Source of the DNA: Azonexus sp.
Lineage (GTDB): Bacteria > Pseudomonadota > Gammaproteobacteria > Burkholderiales > Rhodocyclaceae
Assembly (NCBI GenBank): GCA_036726285.1
Contig: DAIMCQ010000001.1
Span: 1 to 48,845 of the forward strand
Length of the DNA: 48,845 nucleotides
Direction: 5' to 3'
Each line of letters opens with the position of its first letter. Position 1 is the first letter of the stretch. Below are positions 44,876 to 48,845 of this stretch, piece by piece. Under the pieces are notes generated by a model, which saw nothing but the letters and a program-made list of their open reading frames with translations, searched no databases and had not been told where the DNA came from. Position numbers and translations under genes: made by a program.

Positions 44876-45226
44876 TCAGGTCAGTTGAAAGCGGGCTTGC
44901 CTTGCCGGCCTGCTTCCCGGGCCGGCCGGCGCCAGGTCGAGGCAGGCCATCTCCAGCAGTTGGCGCACCATGCCGGCGGCGCCTTCGATCTGGATCAAGG
45001 TTTCTGCACCAAAATGTTCAGCAATCACCAGCAGGCTGCCCAAGCCAGCGGTGTCGAGGTGCAGGGTTTTCCTGAAATCGAGACACAGTTTTGTGTGGCT
45101 TGCGCAGCGGGGAACTTGCGTGGCCTGGGCAATCAATTTTCGGGCGGCATCGAAATCCAGGCGGCTAGGCATCTCCAGGCGCAATTCGTTGCTCGCGTTG
45201 GTCATCAATGGATGCTGGCTGGCCAT
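44876..45226 (-). CDS. STAS domain (anti-sigma-factor antagonist-like) protein
   Basis: RLDFDAA...LDFRKTLHLDTAGLGSLL...VRQLLEMA; AAGGAG RBS. Confidence 0.75.
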   Translation of the reverse strand: MASQHPLMTNASNELRLEMPSRLDFDAARKLIAQATQVPRCASHTKLCLDFRKTLHLDTAGLGSLLVIAEHFGAETLIQIEGAAGMVRQLLEMACLDLAPAGPGSRPARQARFQLT

Positions 45227-45256
45227 GGTTTTCTCCTTAAGCGATGCTAATGCGAA

Positions 45257-45271
45257 GCAATCGTCATGCCT
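45257..45271 (-). promoter_or_regulatory. Sigma-54 -24/-12 promoter of the STAS gene
   Basis: Minus strand AGGCAT-gacga-TTGC(T), 30 bp upstream of the ATG. Confidence 0.55.
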
Positions 45272-45968
45272 GTATTTGTTGCGGCTTTACTATCAAGTTG
45301 GTCCCGATTATTGGTGAGCAGTGTGGCAAGAGCATGACTGTTGGTGCTTGATTGTGATCGGATTATGTCGGCGAGCTATTAGAGTTTTGGGCGTGGCGTT
45401 TGTCAAATATCCGCTTCGAAAAAATTGAGGCAAATCATAAAAGCCCCAAAAAAACGGGGTGGCGATTGCTTTTTATCGAAGGCCAGAGGAGCGGTGGCGT
45501 ATTTTTGTTGTCATCCGCCCTGAAAAAGCATCCGATCAAAGCGGTGGGCGTGCAAAGCCTGTCGTCCGAAGGAGGGCTCAAGCTGGCTTGACGGTCAGGG
45601 GGATGGGTTCCCCGATATTGCGTTGTCCGTCAGCGATATTCGTTCGCTGCTGGTTAGGCTTGCCTGGTGATTTGACTCGTTTCGGGGCGCAGTTCGGTGA
45701 ACCGCCAGGGCGGATTGCTGATGAATATCTGCCTGCCTGGCCGTGCAATGTCTGCTGGCCCGGACAGTGGAATGTGCGCCGGATGACCTTGGGCGGCTGG
45801 GGACGGCAGTTATCAAGTCGCGGGCCGGCGAAGTCGAACTGAGGGCGGAAGGGAGGGGCAGCAGTTCGCTGCAATACCGAAAGCCTCGCTGGGGGCCAAG
45901 CGAGGGCGCGCCGTACGGCAGACCCGGTCGACGGGGCGGCGATTGGCCCGGGCTAGGCCGAGCTTGGC

Positions 45969-47657
45969 TTATTCCAGGTGTTCGACCATCAGTTGGGTGG
46001 TCTCGACGCCCATGTACTCGTTGATCGATAGCCGGTAGGCGGCACGGGTGGTGTTGCCCGGCTGTTTGCTGAAGTTGAACTGAATGGCGTCGATGCGGGT
46101 ATTGCCCTTGCGCAGGCGCAGCTTCAGATGTTTTTCCTTGAGCACGCGTTGCTGCTCGACCTCGAAGTCGTCGATGAACAGCGGGGCGGGAAAGCCTTGC
46201 CCCCAGACTTCGTTTTCCAGCAGACGGGCGGTTTCCAGCGAGAAATAGCTGCCCTCCAGCGCGCCGTCGGTTTCCAGCGTGCGGGTCAGGTCGGCCGGTG
46301 CCAGTAGTTCGCTGGCAACGTCGGCGAAGAGCTGGCGAAACTGTTCGAAATCATCCTCGCGCAGGGTGGCACCGGCCGCCATGGCATGGCCGCCAAAACG
46401 GACGAGCAGGCCGGGGGCGCGTTTGGCGACGAGATCGAGCGCATCGCGCAGGTGCAGCCCGGGGATTGAGCGGCCCGAGCCCTTGATGATGCCGCCTTCG
46501 CTCGGTGCAAAGGCAAAGACCGGACGATGCAGCTTTTCCTTGATGCGCGAGGCGAGGATGCCGACCACGCCTTCGTGCCAACTGGGCTCGAACAGCGCGA
46601 CGCCGGCCGCCGGGTCGTTGACGTCCATGGCTTCGAGCAGGACCAGCGCCTGTTCCTGCATGTCCGATTCGATTTCGCGGCGTTCGCGGTTGAGCGCGTC
46701 GAGTTCCTGGGCAATTTGCAGGGCGCGAGCCGGGTCGTCGGTAAGCAGACACTCGACCCCCAGACGCATGTCGGCCAGGCGGCCGGCGGCATTCAGACGG
46801 GGCCCGATCAGGAAGCCGAGATCGAAGGCCGAGGCGCGCTTCGGGTCGCGGCTGGTCGCCTTGAACAGGGCGGCGAGGCCGACTTGCAGGCGGCCGGCGC
46901 GCATGCGTTTGAGGCCCTGGCTGACCAGGATGCGGTTGTTGCGGTCGAGCTTGACGACGTCGGCCACCGTACCCAGCGCGACCAGGTCGAGCAGGTCGGC
47001 GAAATTGGGTTCCGGATGTGCATTGAAAAAACCGCGTTGGCGCAATTCGGCACGCAGGGCGAGCATGACGTAGAACATCACGCCGACCCCGGCGATGCAC
47101 TTCGAAGGGAAGTCGCAGCCCGGCTGGTTGGGATTGACGATGCAATCGGCATCCGGCAAGGCTTCGCCCGGCAGGTGATGGTCGGTGATCAGCGTCGCAA
47201 TGCCCAGTTCGCGGGCGCGGGCGACGCCTTCCAGACTGGCGATGCCGTTGTCGACGGTGATGATCAGGTCGGGCGACTGTTGTGCCGCGACATCGACGAT
47301 CTGCGGCGACAGGCCGTAGCCGAGCTTGAAACGGTCGGGCAGCAGGAAGCTGACATCGGCACCCAGCGCCTTCAGGGCGCGCATGCCGACGGCGGTTGCC
47401 GTCGCGCCATCGCAGTCGTAGTCCCCGATGATCAGCAGGCGAGCTTCGGCCTCGATGGCGTCGGCCAGGATCTGTGCGGCATCGGCGGCGTGGGTCAGGG
47501 CCGTCGGCGGGATCAGCGATTTCAGCTCGTAGTCGAGTTCGGCCTTGTCCTGCACGCCGCGGGCGGCGTAGAGGCGGGCGAGCAGCGGGTGCAGGCCCTG
47601 TTTTTCCAGTTGCCAGGCGGTACGTTGCGGGACGGAACGGGTCACGATGCGGGTCAT
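45969..47657 (-). CDS. recJ: Single-stranded-DNA-specific exonuclease RecJ
   Basis: GDYDCDG, ITVDNG, TDHH, LGTVADVV, FGGHAMAAG. Confidence 0.97.
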   Translation of the reverse strand: MTRIVTRSVPQRTAWQLEKQGLHPLLARLYAARGVQDKAELDYELKSLIPPTALTHAADAAQILADAIEAEARLLIIGDYDCDGATATAVGMRALKALGADVSFLLPDRFKLGYGLSPQIVDVAAQQSPDLIITVDNGIASLEGVARARELGIATLITDHHLPGEALPDADCIVNPNQPGCDFPSKCIAGVGVMFYVMLALRAELRQRGFFNAHPEPNFADLLDLVALGTVADVVKLDRNNRILVSQGLKRMRAGRLQVGLAALFKATSRDPKRASAFDLGFLIGPRLNAAGRLADMRLGVECLLTDDPARALQIAQELDALNRERREIESDMQEQALVLLEAMDVNDPAAGVALFEPSWHEGVVGILASRIKEKLHRPVFAFAPSEGGIIKGSGRSIPGLHLRDALDLVAKRAPGLLVRFGGHAMAAGATLREDDFEQFRQLFADVASELLAPADLTRTLETDGALEGSYFSLETARLLENEVWGQGFPAPLFIDDFEVEQQRVLKEKHLKLRLRKGNTRIDAIQFNFSKQPGNTTRAAYRLSINEYMGVETTQLMVEHLE

Positions 47658-48682
47658 GGTTGGGCTTGCTCGGCGAGTTGCAGTGCGAGGTCGGGGAGTG
47701 GCCGGGCGCGCTTCCAGAATTTCCAGCGATCGCCGGCGCTTAGCGTGCAGCGCAATTCGCCGAAGATGGTTGGGGCGATCAAGTCGATGCTTTGAATCCT
47801 GCTGCCCAATGCCTTGCCGAGTGGCGCAAACCAGTCGGCGTCGAGTTGTTCTAGGGTGTTGCGCCAGCCTTCGCCGTCTTCGTAAAGCACGCGCGGCAGG
47901 AGCGCATCGAGGATGACGAGCGGCTTGTCGCCGGCTTGGGGCAGAAAATCAGCGAGCTTGCCCGGCACGGCATGCAGCGGCATGGCGCCGGCCGAGGCCA
48001 GCCCGGCAGCCAGCGGATTGCTGCTCCACACGCCGCTGAAGCGGCTGTTCAGGGAGGTCGGCAGTGCGCCGCCACCCCATAGCCACAGGCTGTTGATGAT
48101 CGGCTTGCCTGCGGCCTGCCGCTGATCGTTGACCGGGTGGCCATGCAGGAACATCTGGACTTCATTGAGCCAGCGGGTCAGCGTCGAGTCGCCCTGGGGC
48201 AGTTCGTCGTCGATACGGCGCCCGGCGACACTGGACAGGGGATCGACGCGATGCTCGACCGGGGTGTGCAGGCGCAGATACCAGCGGCGGGCGTCGGCAA
48301 CAAGGAAGTGACCGATGTCGGCGAATTCGACATTGAGCGCGGCTGTGATCTGTCGGGCTTCTTCATCCGACAGTTCGAAGGCGCCGGCGTCGGCGAGCAC
48401 GATACGTTCGTGATGAAAGCGCAGATGCACCGGGTCGGCGCATAGCCAGTGGCCGTCTCGGGCGTCGTCGCAGCCTTCGCCAAGCAGGCGGAGCGGCCCG
48501 AACGGCGCGGTGTCGAGACCGAGGCAGCCGGCCAGCGAGTTTTCAAAGGCCTGGCGCGGGCCTTGTTCGATGCGGGCGCGAGCCAGCAACCATTCGAGTC
48601 CGGGCAACGAGAGCTTGCCAAGGGTGAATTGGTCGGCAGGCTCGGGCCAGATCAGTTCGGGGACAAGCAGGGTGAGATGCAC
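47654..48682 (-). CDS. Phosphoglycerate-mutase-like (RpfE-type) hypothetical protein
   Basis: WLCADPVHL, WLNEVQMFLHGHPVN, NSLWLWGGG; overlaps the recJ start. Confidence 0.75.
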   Translation of the reverse strand: MHLTLLVPELIWPEPADQFTLGKLSLPGLEWLLARARIEQGPRQAFENSLAGCLGLDTAPFGPLRLLGEGCDDARDGHWLCADPVHLRFHHERIVLADAGAFELSDEEARQITAALNVEFADIGHFLVADARRWYLRLHTPVEHRVDPLSSVAGRRIDDELPQGDSTLTRWLNEVQMFLHGHPVNDQRQAAGKPIINSLWLWGGGALPTSLNSRFSGVWSSNPLAAGLASAGAMPLHAVPGKLADFLPQAGDKPLVILDALLPRVLYEDGEGWRNTLEQLDADWFAPLGKALGSRIQSIDLIAPTIFGELRCTLSAGDRWKFWKRARPLPDLALQLAEQAQP

Positions 48683-48756
48683 AGGAATCCAGGCCGGCAG
48701 CCGTCGAAAAAGCGCTTGAGTGTACCATAGCGGTTTTCCCCGGATTTCCTCCCAGC

Positions 48757-48845
48757 ATGGCTCTGCCCTATGAACTGCTGATCGGCTTGCGCTACACCCG
48801 CGCCAAGCGTCGCAACCATTTTATTTCCTTCATTTCGCTGATCTC
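48757..48845 (+). CDS. Lipoprotein-releasing ABC transporter permease LolC/E, N-terminus (truncated by window end)
   Basis: MALPYELLIGLRYTRAKRRNHFISFISLI. Confidence 0.85.
   Translation, partial: MALPYELLIGLRYTRAKRRNHFISFISLI

Noticed and set aside
45400..46024. Short ORFs in the STAS-recJ spacer (63-127 aa)
   Set aside because: No family motifs, atypical composition and mutually overlapping frames

Overview
GC-rich betaproteobacterial chromosome segment. Gene content and order suggest Rhodocyclales (Dechloromonas/Azonexus-like); this is inference only. The core is the TCA cluster (citE-like, mdh, GntR/SdhR, sdhCDABE, gltA, sucAB, lpdA, zapE), plus hbd, metY, mnmC, lysS, prfB (programmed +1 frameshift), recJ and the start of a LolC/E permease. 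Accessory parts: (i) nnrS-yaiI divergent from a FabX/UfaA-like nitronate-monooxygenase-family gene; (ii) a porin plus short periplasmic-binding-protein pair, the latter broken by an in-frame TAG, followed by a possible 23-aa membrane peptide; (iii) tandem-HD HD-GYP and orphan mini-secretin genes; (iv) a ~10.4 kb block between recJ and prfB. That block holds the best candidate for an undescribed system: a tightly coupled operon of a chemoreceptor with no sensor domain, a stand-alone membrane-anchored NIT (nitrate/nitrite-sensing) protein and a PAS-PAS-GGDEF-EAL enzyme, behind tandem NtrC-like boxes and a sigma-54 -24/-12 promoter. It is followed by pyruvate:ferredoxin oxidoreductase, a DHODH-like flavoprotein and a STAS gene with a putative sigma-54 promoter. 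No rRNA, tRNA, CRISPR array or mobile element was recognised.
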